Positions 21,091 to 30,005 of a DNA stretch of 64,000 bases are shown here, piece after piece. Source of the stretch: Acidobacteriota bacterium (GTDB lineage: Bacteria > Acidobacteriota > UBA6911 > RPQK01 > JAJDTT01); NCBI GenBank assembly GCA_965217775.1, contig CBDCJH010000002.1, positions 2,688,001-2,752,000 of the forward strand. The letters run 5' to 3'. Each line of letters opens with the position of its first letter. Within the stretch, counting starts at the first letter, position 1. Made by a program: the position numbers and the translations under genes. The notes under the pieces are model-generated. The model worked only from the letters and a program-made list of their open reading frames with translations, ran no database searches and was not told the DNA's origin.

Positions 21091-22080
21091 GTGAAGAGAC
21101 GGGTTCTGGTGGTGGGGGCAGGCTCCATCGGCCTGCGGCATCTGCAGCTCCTGACCGAGGTCGAAGGTCTTGCGGTCGAGGTCTGCGACAGCCGGCCCGA
21201 GGGGTTGTCCGAAGCGGCAACCGCGGTTCCAGGCGCCCGTCAATGGAGCGATTTCCGAGAGGCTGCCGCCTCCCGGCCCGATCTGGTCTTCGTCTGCACG
21301 CCTCCCGCATCCCACGCCCCCCTGAGCCGGATTGCCCTGGAATCGGGCGCCCACATTTTTTGCGAGAAACCGATCTCCGATTCCGCCGCGGGCGCCAGGA
21401 GCATGATCCGGGATCAGAAACGGACCGGCCGGATTCTGAACGTGGGCTTCGTCCAGAGATTCATGCCCGAAATGCTGCGCGCCCAAAAACTCATCCGGGA
21501 GGGCCGCATCGGACGAGTCTGCTACGCCCGATTCTCCGTCGCCACCTTGAATACGCTGGCGAACTCCCGCTCCCGGCACCAGCGGGACGTCTTCGGCTCG
21601 GCGGCCCTGGACTATGTCTACGGATTCGACACCTTCTGGTGGCTCATGGAGGAACGGCCCATTTCGGTCTACGCCCGGGGCATTCAGGTCGAGGGACTTC
21701 CCTTCACCAGCCGCCCCAACCTCCTCAGCGCAGTGATCGAATACGAGTCGGAGCGCGTCGCCGAGCTGCACATCGACTACGTCGCCTATCCGGACCGCTG
21801 CACCTATACGTTCCAGGGAGAACTGGGCTACGTTCGGGTGGATCTGAGCCGCAACCTCGTGGAGCACGGCGACCGGGAAACCGGACGGCGGCACGTGGAG
21901 AAGCTCACCGTGGACCGGGACGACGTCATGCGGGCCCAGCGGGACCACTTTCTGGACGCTCTGGAGGGACGGCATCCGGTGAGCAGCCCGCCGCAGGATG
22001 CCCTTCACGGAACTTTGGGAGTGGATGCTCTGATACGATCTCTGAAGACGGGGCAACCCGAATCCCTGGAGACTGGCTGA
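21091..22080 (+). CDS. Gfo/Idh/MocA family oxidoreductase
   Basis: VLVVGAGSIG Rossmann motif, CTPP..H, HIFCEKP. Confidence 0.88.
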   Translation: MKRRVLVVGAGSIGLRHLQLLTEVEGLAVEVCDSRPEGLSEAATAVPGARQWSDFREAAASRPDLVFVCTPPASHAPLSRIALESGAHIFCEKPISDSAAGARSMIRDQKRTGRILNVGFVQRFMPEMLRAQKLIREGRIGRVCYARFSVATLNTLANSRSRHQRDVFGSAALDYVYGFDTFWWLMEERPISVYARGIQVEGLPFTSRPNLLSAVIEYESERVAELHIDYVAYPDRCTYTFQGELGYVRVDLSRNLVEHGDRETGRRHVEKLTVDRDDVMRAQRDHFLDALEGRHPVSSPPQDALHGTLGVDALIRSLKTGQPESLETG

Positions 22081-22098
22081 AGCGGCCGGAGAGTCGCG

Positions 22099-23136
22099 AT
22101 GATCGACAGCGATATCCACAATCAGCTTCCCTCCCTGGAGACGTTGGTGCCTTACCTGGAGGAGCACTGGCGGGCGTACCTTCGCGAGTCGGCGTTCCTG
22201 GGCCCCGACGTGAACGACTACCCCGAGGGGACGCCCATTCCGGCGCGTCCGGGCACCACACCTCCGTCCGGGGGGCCGCCCGGTTCGGATCCCGAATTCC
22301 TCTGCGCCCAGACCCTGGACGCCTGGGATCTGGAGCTGGGCATTCTGAACTGCAACTATTGGGTCCAGAGCGTCCACAACGAATACCTGGCGTCGGCGCT
22401 GGCCACGGCCATCAACACCTGGCAGGTGGAGCACTGGTTGACGGCGGACCCCCGCCTGCGCGCCTCCCTGGTGGTGCCGAGCCAGAACCCGGTCCTGGCC
22501 GCCGAGGAGATCGATCGTCTGGGGGATCATCCCGGCTTCGTGCAGGTGATCCTGCCGGTCCGCTCCTGGACCCCCTATGGAAACCGCCGCTTCGATCCCC
22601 TTTACGAGGCGGCCCTCAGCCACGATCTGGTCGTGGGAATCCATTTCGGCGGCTCCTCCGGCAATCCCCCCACCCCCTGCGGGTGGCCCTCCACCTATCT
22701 GGAGGAGTACGCCGGCATGTCCCAGGTCTTCCAGTCCCAGGTCCTGAGCCTGATTGCCGAAGGGACCTTCGACCGCTATCCCGGCCTGCGGGTGGCTCTG
22801 ATCGAGGGCGGCTTCACCTGGATGCCCTCGCTCATGTGGCGGCTCGACAAGGAATGGAGAGGACTGCGCCGGGACATTCCGTGGGTCAAGCGGCCCCCGT
22901 CGGAATACATCCGGGAACACATCCGTCTGACCCTGCAGCCCGTGGACGCGCCGCCTCGGACCCGGCAGTTGCTGGAGGTCCTGGAGCAGATGGACGGACG
23001 GGACCTCCTGATGTTCTCCTCCGACTACCCGCACTGCCACGACGGCGCCGTGGAGGAAACGCTCCCGGTCCAGCTTCCCGACTCGCTGTGGGACCGGATC
23101 GGATCTGAAAACGCCCGTGAGTTCTATCGGCTTTGA
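22099..23136 (+). CDS. Amidohydrolase-fold protein (Amidohydro_2), subunit 1 of a tandem pair
   Basis: IDSDIH, GIHFGG, LIEGGF.W, QP, MFSSDYPH, ENA..FY. Confidence 0.85.
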   Translation: MIDSDIHNQLPSLETLVPYLEEHWRAYLRESAFLGPDVNDYPEGTPIPARPGTTPPSGGPPGSDPEFLCAQTLDAWDLELGILNCNYWVQSVHNEYLASALATAINTWQVEHWLTADPRLRASLVVPSQNPVLAAEEIDRLGDHPGFVQVILPVRSWTPYGNRRFDPLYEAALSHDLVVGIHFGGSSGNPPTPCGWPSTYLEEYAGMSQVFQSQVLSLIAEGTFDRYPGLRVALIEGGFTWMPSLMWRLDKEWRGLRRDIPWVKRPPSEYIREHIRLTLQPVDAPPRTRQLLEVLEQMDGRDLLMFSSDYPHCHDGAVEETLPVQLPDSLWDRIGSENAREFYRL

Positions 23137-23146
23137 GGAGGAAACC

Positions 23147-24259
23147 ATGGCCATCGCGGTTGAACCCAAGACTCGACCGATGATCCGCAGAAGGCGCCGG
23201 GCCAAGACCGCCGTCATCGACTGCGACATCCACAACGCGCTGCCCTATGATGAGGCGATCCGCAAGTACCTTCCTTCACGCTGGAGAAATCACCACCGGC
23301 TGATCGGGCTCCGTGGGCACATCGGTTGCGAGTACCCCCGAGCCAGTCCCAACGCCGCCCGGCACGATTCCTGGCCCCCTTCCGGCCTGCCCGCCGGCTC
23401 GGACCTGGACTTCATGCGGGAGCAGTTGCTGGACGAGTGGGACCTGGAATACGGCCTCCTGAACTGTCTCGTCGGCGCCGGCCGGCAGCAGAACCTGGAG
23501 TTCGGCGCCGCCTTCGCGCAGGGCCTCAACGACTGGCAGATCGAGGCCTGGCTGGAACCCGAGCCGCGGCTGCGGGCCTCCATCGTGGTGCCCTACGAAG
23601 ACGGAGAGCTGTCGGCGGCCGAGATCGACCGCGTGGGAGGCCATCCCGGCTTCGTCCAGGTGCTGGCGGCGGTCCGCACGCAACAGCCTCTGGGCCGGCG
23701 CAAATACTGGAAGATGTACGAGGCCTGCGAGCGCCACGATCTCCCCTTCGGCATCCACTTCGGAGGAAACTCGGGCCAGCCCCTGACCGGTGGAGGATGG
23801 CCCAACCACTACTACGAGGATCACGCAGGCATGCCTCAGGCCTTTCAAGCCCAGATGATCAGCATGGTCACGGAAGGGGTGTTCGAGCGATTTCCCGGAT
23901 TGAAGGTGGTGCTGATCGAGGGCGGGTTCGCCTGGTTGCCTCCCCTGATGTGGCGCCTGGACCGCTCCTGGGGGAGGCTCAAGGAGGAGGTGCCGGACCT
24001 GAGACGGCTGCCTTCGGAGACCATCCGCCGCCATTTCTGGCTCACCACCCAACCCATGGAGGAGCCGCCCCGGCACCAGTATCTCGTGCAGTTGCTGGAA
24101 CAGTTGGACATGGACGACCGACTGCTGTTTGCGACCGACTACCCCCACTGGGATTTCGACTCTCCGGCGCAGGCCATCCCGCCGAGCCTTCCCCGGGAGT
24201 TCCGTCGAGCCATCATGTCGGAGAACGCGCGGAGCCTCTACGATTTCGGAGAGGCGTAG
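23147..24259 (+). CDS. Amidohydrolase-fold protein (Amidohydro_2), subunit 2 of a tandem pair
   Basis: IDCDIH, GIHFGG, YYEDH, LIEGGFAW, TTQPMEEP, FATDYPHWDFD; GAGGAGG RBS. Confidence 0.88.
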   Translation: MAIAVEPKTRPMIRRRRRAKTAVIDCDIHNALPYDEAIRKYLPSRWRNHHRLIGLRGHIGCEYPRASPNAARHDSWPPSGLPAGSDLDFMREQLLDEWDLEYGLLNCLVGAGRQQNLEFGAAFAQGLNDWQIEAWLEPEPRLRASIVVPYEDGELSAAEIDRVGGHPGFVQVLAAVRTQQPLGRRKYWKMYEACERHDLPFGIHFGGNSGQPLTGGGWPNHYYEDHAGMPQAFQAQMISMVTEGVFERFPGLKVVLIEGGFAWLPPLMWRLDRSWGRLKEEVPDLRRLPSETIRRHFWLTTQPMEEPPRHQYLVQLLEQLDMDDRLLFATDYPHWDFDSPAQAIPPSLPREFRRAIMSENARSLYDFGEA

Positions 24260-24268
24260 GGGCACCCC

Positions 24269-24397
24269 GGGAGCGGCGGCTTTCTTGCCGCCGAACTCCC
24301 AACTAATGATGAAGCACGAGGGTATGGCGAAGGGGGCCGACGGGGGAAAGGGCGACAAGAAAGTCGTCCCTCCCAGGCGGGCGACAAGAAAGTCGCC
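24269..24397. repeat. REP/REPIN-like cluster; contains an intact copy of the sequence split by the group II intron
   Basis: GGGAGCGGCGGCTTTCTTGCCGCCGA plus two inverted GGGCGACAAGAAAGTCG copies. Confidence 0.8.
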
Positions 24398-24893
24398 GGT
24401 CCAGCGACACCTGATCTGCAGCGTCGACTCCCTGCCGCCCGGTTCCCGCAAGCTGGTGAAGATTGGGCCCCGGGCCATCGGCGTTTTCAACGTGGGCGGA
24501 CGTTTCTACGCCCTTCGCAACAGTTGTCCCCATCAGGGCGGCCCGGTCTGCCTGGGACACCTCACGGGATTCGCCACCTCGCCGACTCCGGGCGAGTTCG
24601 AGTACCTGCGGAAAGGCGAGATCCTGCGCTGCCCCTGGCACGGGTGGGAGTTCGACGTCAAGACCGGCCAGTCCTGGTTCGACCCGGCCCGGTTGCGCGT
24701 GGCCACCTACCCGGCCCGGGTCGAGAGCGGCGCCACTCTGGCGGGGAAGAACCGCGACCCGGCGTCCGATCCCGAGATGAGCGGCCTCTGCCCGGGTCCC
24801 TACACGCTGGAGACCTACTCGGTGGCGGTGGAACGGAACTATGTCGTGGTGGAGGTGCCGGGGACTTCCCGAGGAAATCGGAGACATCAATGA
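24307..24893 (+). CDS. Rieske [2Fe-2S] ferredoxin (start uncertain, lies within the repeat)
   Basis: LPPG.RK.V, IGVFNV.G.FYAL.N.CPHQGGP.C, LRCPWHGWEFD..TG. Confidence 0.85.
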
Positions 24894-24924
24894 CATCATA
24901 TTCGACAATCCATATGATGCTGTG

Positions 24925-25194
24925 ATGCGCACCACTCTCACCATCGACGAAGATATCGCTGTCCGGATCCGGGAATTGCGGCGGCGGCGCGGACACTCGT
25001 TGAAGCAGGTCATCAATCGGCTGTTGCGCGAGGGACCGCGAAACAGCCGCCGAACGCGGGATGCGAAACCATACCGCACAAAACCCCAAAGGCTCGCCCT
25101 GAGGCCCGGTTTCGACACCGTCGGGTTCAACCGACTCGTGGACGAGCTGGAGGCCGACGAACGTCGAAATCGAGAAATCCGGTTGCGCCAATGA
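24925..25194 (+). CDS. VapB-type ribbon-helix-helix antitoxin
   Basis: MRTTLTIDEDI....RELRRRRG.SLKQVINRLLREG; ATGA overlap with a PIN-toxin remnant. Confidence 0.75.
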   Translation: MRTTLTIDEDIAVRIRELRRRRGHSLKQVINRLLREGPRNSRRTRDAKPYRTKPQRLALRPGFDTVGFNRLVDELEADERRNREIRLRQ

Positions 25195-25265
25195 TGATTC
25201 CGAACGTCAACATGCTCGTCTAGGCCGTCGACGAGACGAGTCCGCTCCATGACTGGAGTGCCTGA
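25191..25265 (+). pseudogene. Truncated VapC (PIN) toxin remnant
   Basis: MMIPNVNMLV*AVDETSPLHD matches the PIN start MI.pDvNvLvYA.d..S..H, with D->N, Tyr->TAG (25221-25223) and the remainder deleted. Confidence 0.7.
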
Positions 25266-25281
25266 ACAGGAGAAATATCCC

Positions 25282-26919
25282 ATGAACGGCGCCGATGCCA
25301 TCGTCAAGATCTTGCAAATGGAAGGGATCCGGCAGGTGTTCTGCTACCCCTTGACCAACCTGTTGGACGCCCTGGCCCGGGCCGGTGTCCGGATCCTGAG
25401 CTCCCGCCAGGAGCGGGTCGCCGGCAACATGGCCGACGGCGTCTCCCGGTCCACCAACGGCCGGCAGATCGGGGTCTTCACAGTCCAGTCCCGAGCCGGC
25501 GCCGAGAACGCCTTCGCGGGCGTGGCCCACTCCTTCACCGATTCCACACCGGTCCTCTTCCTGCCGGGGCACGCGGGATTGGACCAGATCGGGACCCATC
25601 CTTCCTTCGACTGCGTCGACAACTACCGGGCCACCACCAAGATGGCCAACAAGGTGGTCTCGCCCGAGTTGGCTCCCAGCCGATTGCGGCATGCCTTCAC
25701 GGCCCTGCGCTCCGGGAGGCCCGGCCCGGTGATGCTGGAGCTGTTGGACGACGCCTGCAACGCGGAGTTCGTCGGCGACCTGGAATACACGCCGATCCCC
25801 CGGATGCGGGTGGCCGCCGATCCGGGAGCCGTGGAAGAGGCCGCCGAACGCCTGTTGCGCGCCCGGCGTCCCATGATCTGGGCCGGCCAGGGCATCCTCT
25901 ATGCCGAGGCGAGCCGGGAATTGGTGGAGGTGGCCGAGATCTTGGGAATTCCCGTCATGACCACGCTTCAGGGAAAGAGCGGCTTCCCCGAACGCCATGA
26001 GCTTTCGGCCGGCGTCGGCGCCTACTCCATCACCCTCATGGCGCGGCATTACCTGGCCGACACCGACCTGATCCTGGCCGTCGGCTCCAGCCTGACCGTG
26101 GCTCCCTTCACACCACCGATCCCGCCTGGTAAAGCCATCATCCACGCCACCGTGGACCCGTCCGACATCAACAAGGAATATCCGGCGGTGCTCCCGGTCG
26201 TGGCCGACGCCAAACTGTTCCTGCGGCAACTGGCCGAGGTCCTGAAATCCAAGGTGGGAAAGGACCGGGAGGCCCATCGTCAGGAGACGGTCGAGACCCT
26301 CTCACGGCTGCGGACCGCCTGGCTGGAGGAGTTCGAGTCCCTCTTCAGCGACGATTCCCGACCCGTCAACGGATACCGGATGTTCCGGGAGCTCTGGTCG
26401 GCCATCGACCCGGACACCTCCATCGTGACCCACGAATCGGGCGCCTCGCGGGACATTCAGAGCGTCTTCTACCAGGCCAACACTCCCCGCAGTTATCTGG
26501 GATGGGGCCAGTCCTCCCAACTGGGTTTCTCGCTGGGTCTGGCCATGGGAGCCAAGATCGCCCATCCCGACAAGCTGGTGGTCAACGTCATGGGGGACGC
26601 CTCCGTGGGGATGACCGGAATGGACTGGGAGACGGCGGTCCGGGAGAACATCCCCATTCTGACGGTGATCAAGCACGATTCCATCTTCAGCGGCTACGAC
26701 CGTCACATCCCCGTGGCTGTCGAGCGCTACAAGATCTCGACTCAGACCGGGGACTACGCCAACGTGGCGCGGGCCCTCGGCTGCCATGCGGAGAAGGTGG
26801 AGACGGTCCAAGGGCTGCAGCCGGCCCTGAAGCGGGCGATTCAGGCTACGAGAGACGGACAGCCGGCAGTAGTGGACGTGATCACCGCGGAGACCCGCAA
26901 GCTCTCCAAGATTTTCTGA
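25282..26919 (+). CDS. Thiamine pyrophosphate-requiring enzyme (acetolactate synthase-like)
   Basis: RQERVAGNMADG.SR, GRPGPV.LE, P.MTTL.GKSGFPE.H, ThDP motif GDASVGM. Confidence 0.9.
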   Translation: MNGADAIVKILQMEGIRQVFCYPLTNLLDALARAGVRILSSRQERVAGNMADGVSRSTNGRQIGVFTVQSRAGAENAFAGVAHSFTDSTPVLFLPGHAGLDQIGTHPSFDCVDNYRATTKMANKVVSPELAPSRLRHAFTALRSGRPGPVMLELLDDACNAEFVGDLEYTPIPRMRVAADPGAVEEAAERLLRARRPMIWAGQGILYAEASRELVEVAEILGIPVMTTLQGKSGFPERHELSAGVGAYSITLMARHYLADTDLILAVGSSLTVAPFTPPIPPGKAIIHATVDPSDINKEYPAVLPVVADAKLFLRQLAEVLKSKVGKDREAHRQETVETLSRLRTAWLEEFESLFSDDSRPVNGYRMFRELWSAIDPDTSIVTHESGASRDIQSVFYQANTPRSYLGWGQSSQLGFSLGLAMGAKIAHPDKLVVNVMGDASVGMTGMDWETAVRENIPILTVIKHDSIFSGYDRHIPVAVERYKISTQTGDYANVARALGCHAEKVETVQGLQPALKRAIQATRDGQPAVVDVITAETRKLSKIF

Positions 26920-27004
26920 AGAACAGAGGAAAGAGGAAAGAGTGAAGACATTCGCGAGACTGTAACGGTGACAAAACCGCAACGAATTGAGATGAGGTAT
27001 TCAC

Positions 27005-27244
27005 ATGGTTACCGAGGCCTTTAGCATTCGTACCGAAAGCGGGATCGTTCGGCAACTGGATACACTTGCCAAGCTACAGGACCGGTCACGCAACGACATC
27101 GTGAACGAAGCGATCGAAAATTTTCTTGAACTGCACGCCTGGCGGGAGGAATGTATCCGGGCCGGAATCGAGGCAGCCGATCAAGGCCGTTTCGCGGAGA
27201 GAGCGAAGGTGGAACGCACATTCGGCAAGTATTCAAATGTTTGA
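27005..27244 (+). CDS. CopG/RHH family antitoxin-like protein (orphan)
   Basis: FSIR......QLD.LA..QDRSRN.IVNEAIE.FL....W....I.AGI..AD.G.F, typical of ParD-like antitoxins; no intact toxin follows. Confidence 0.7.
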   Translation: MVTEAFSIRTESGIVRQLDTLAKLQDRSRNDIVNEAIENFLELHAWREECIRAGIEAADQGRFAERAKVERTFGKYSNV

Positions 27245-27383
27245 TCGTGCGTGTCCGACGGGCCGAACAATTCTGGGGCGAGTGTCGTCGATCCTCTGAT
27301 TTGGTAAAATCGTCCCAGAAGCTTGAGTCTCTTGTGTTCTCGATTTTCCTTCGTCAGTAGTCACCCAAGGAAGGAGGAATGCC

Positions 27384-27638
27384 ATGGCTGGGAATGACCT
27401 GTCTCTGGAGACTAAGATCTTTGAGCGACACAAGGCCGAGTTCGAGCGTGATCATCCCTGGGAGTGGATCGTCATTCATGGTGATGACTACGTGGAATTC
27501 TTTGAGGATTTCCAAGTTGCTGCGCAAACTGCGGTGGCTCGTTTTGGACGGGGGCCCTACCTGATTCGGCAAATTGGGGTACCCACGCCTTCACTTCCGG
27601 CTTCCGTTCTTTTCAGGCCCGTCGATGCCGACCACTGA
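27384..27638 (+). CDS. Small acidic DUF5678-like protein
   Basis: FE..K.E....HP.EWIVIHG......F.DF..A...A..RFG.GPYLIRQIG; AGGAGG RBS; overlaps the next gene. Confidence 0.6.
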   Translation: MAGNDLSLETKIFERHKAEFERDHPWEWIVIHGDDYVEFFEDFQVAAQTAVARFGRGPYLIRQIGVPTPSLPASVLFRPVDADH

Positions 27639-28113
27639 ATGTGGCTTCTCAGACACCCAGAACAGACCCGGATCGGCAAGGCTTGTCCTGTTTGGACCTA
27701 CTTTGGAAGTCCGTGTGGGGTTTGATCCAGACTATCGTCCTTCGTCAAAACCGGTTCCTTCACTTCCAAACCAGCGGATACCGGCACTTGTTGATACAGG
27801 TGCAGCAGAGAGTTGCATCGACAGCATTTTAGCCGACAGATTGAATCTTCCATTTGTCGGAGAGCAGGATTTTTCAGGTATATCGGGATCGAGCCGACGG
27901 CGTATGCATCTGGCTCAAATTTTCATTCCTGGTCTCCAGTGGTTAATTTATGGTCGGTTTGCAGCTGTTGACCTCATTTCTGGAGGGCAGCCGCATGCGG
28001 TCCTCATTGGGAGAACCTTCCTGAGAAGTTTCAAGATGATCTACGAAGGCCGCTCGGGAAGGGTGACTATCGAAAACGAATCCTCCATAGCTCCCACTGC
28101 TCGTCCGATTTGA
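27625..28113 (+). CDS. Clan AA (retropepsin-like) aspartyl protease
   Basis: ALVDTGA..SCID and VLIGRTFL motifs; single domain. Confidence 0.85.
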   Translation: MPTTECGFSDTQNRPGSARLVLFGPTLEVRVGFDPDYRPSSKPVPSLPNQRIPALVDTGAAESCIDSILADRLNLPFVGEQDFSGISGSSRRRMHLAQIFIPGLQWLIYGRFAAVDLISGGQPHAVLIGRTFLRSFKMIYEGRSGRVTIENESSIAPTARPI

Positions 28114-28265
28114 ATCGCTTCTCAATCCAACGGTGAATGGGAAGGTAAGAGGCGCACAACAAATAATCCGCGATAAATAGCTGAAGAGAATATCCTTTTC
28201 GACATTCAACCAGCGATGCGCTGAGCATTTCGAGTGAATCAAGTTCGGACTTCAGTTGTCCTCTC

Positions 28266-29888
28266 TCACACCAGCTTCTTCCGGGTAAACGGCGAGGGCT
28301 CGTGGCGAGTGGCCCAGGTCAGGCCCTTGATCCTTTCCAGATCCTTATTGGGAAACACAAAGCTCAGCAGCCATGCGGAACCCAGCGCGGCAACGGCCGA
28401 CGAGAGGATGATCCAGGTGAATCCCATCCCCTTTTCCACCAGGCGCTGAGTGAAGTCCGCACCGAAGACACCTGCCATGGCCTGGTGGGTGGAGGGGTCC
28501 ATGAGCTGCAGCAGGTCGCGCGAATAGGCCACTCCCAGAGCCACCGCCAAGCCGATGAACGCCGCCGGCCAGACGGCGCGAGTGCCGACCCTGGGGAACA
28601 GCATCCCCGCCAGGAACAGAGCTCCCATCGAACCCACCAGGGAGTTGAAGGTCTTGGGCAGTATGGTGAGGATATCGTCCATTCCGGTGAGCCCGTCCAG
28701 GTAGACGGCCGACACGGTCACCACCAACCCGACGATCAGGGTGATGATCCGGGCCTGGAAGACGCGGTTCCCGCTGGACGGCTTCTTGCGGAGCCGGCCG
28801 AAGTCCACCGTGGCCACGGTGGCCCAGGAATTGACGCCCGAGTCGATGGTGGACATGGCCGCCGCCAGGAGGGCGGCGAAGATGGCTCCGGCCAGTCCCG
28901 GCGGAATCCTGGAGGCCACGAAGAAGGGAAAGATGGAATCCCGATCCTTGCCGCTCGCCAGGTTGATGTGCTCGGGGAGGGCTTCCGGACCGTGAGTGTA
29001 GTAGTAGACCAGGGAGGCGCCGATGATAGCCAGCAGGAGCGCGATCATCGCGCTGACCACGATACTGGTGACGAAGCTGCGCTTGGCGGCCCGGACGTCC
29101 ACGGTGCTGAAGTAACGTTGCAGGGTCATCTGGTTGGCGCAATGGGCCGTCAGAGTCCAGATCACACCCGAGAGGGTCATGGTCACCACCGTGGCGGCCA
29201 CGGTGGGATCGGGGGAGAAGAAGGTGAAACTCTCGTTGTCCCTGACGTTCACGACGTGGAACCAGTCCAGCGGTCCCGAACCCGTGACCCAGGCCACGTA
29301 GCCGACGGTGAACAGCCCTCCGCCCACCAGGAGAGCCGCCTGAATCACATCGGTCCAGACCACGGCCCGAATGCCTCCCATCATGGTGTACACGGTGGCG
29401 ACGACTCCGATCACCCCGATGATCACCACCAGAGGCAGACCCGTGGCCACGGCCAGAGCGCGGGACGAGACCAGCACGATCACTCCCATGAGCACGGTGA
29501 CGAACAGGAGAAACATGGTGGCGCCCAACAGCCGCACCGAGAGGTCGTACCGGTGTTCCAGGTATTCGTAGGCCGTGGTGAACTTGAAACGGACGAAGAA
29601 GGGAATGGCCAGGAGCAGAATCAGAATCATGTCGAGGGGAATGGCGAACAGGGAGCTGACGAAGCCGCCGAAGCCGAAGCGCCAGACGATGCCGGGACTC
29701 GCCAGATAGGTGATGCTGGACAGGAGCGAGGCGATGATGCTGACTCCGACGGCAAACCAGGGGAGGCGCCGCCCGCCCAGAAAATATTCTTCTTCGGTCT
29801 GCTGACCCCTGGCGAGCCTCCAACCCAGGAACATCATGGCCGCCAGATAGACGCCCAGCACCACGTGATCGGCGAAGTGAAGTTGCAT
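28266..29888 (-). CDS. Sodium:solute symporter (SSS)
   Basis: EEYFLGGR.LPW, TAYEYLE.RY, YT..GG.RAVVWTD.IQ, Q..LQRY, AAAMSTIDSG.NS. Confidence 0.92.
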   Translation of the reverse strand: MQLHFADHVVLGVYLAAMMFLGWRLARGQQTEEEYFLGGRRLPWFAVGVSIIASLLSSITYLASPGIVWRFGFGGFVSSLFAIPLDMILILLLAIPFFVRFKFTTAYEYLEHRYDLSVRLLGATMFLLFVTVLMGVIVLVSSRALAVATGLPLVVIIGVIGVVATVYTMMGGIRAVVWTDVIQAALLVGGGLFTVGYVAWVTGSGPLDWFHVVNVRDNESFTFFSPDPTVAATVVTMTLSGVIWTLTAHCANQMTLQRYFSTVDVRAAKRSFVTSIVVSAMIALLLAIIGASLVYYYTHGPEALPEHINLASGKDRDSIFPFFVASRIPPGLAGAIFAALLAAAMSTIDSGVNSWATVATVDFGRLRKKPSSGNRVFQARIITLIVGLVVTVSAVYLDGLTGMDDILTILPKTFNSLVGSMGALFLAGMLFPRVGTRAVWPAAFIGLAVALGVAYSRDLLQLMDPSTHQAMAGVFGADFTQRLVEKGMGFTWIILSSAVAALGSAWLLSFVFPNKDLERIKGLTWATRHEPSPFTRKKLV

Positions 29889-30005
29889 CAGGTCACCCTT
29901 TCCCGTCCTGAATCCGCGACGAGGAAGTCGCGGTTGGTCCGGCGACTCCGGCCGGACTGAATTTTATTCTGGCCATCCTTCTCCGGACCAGCCGCAGGGT
30001 TGGCA

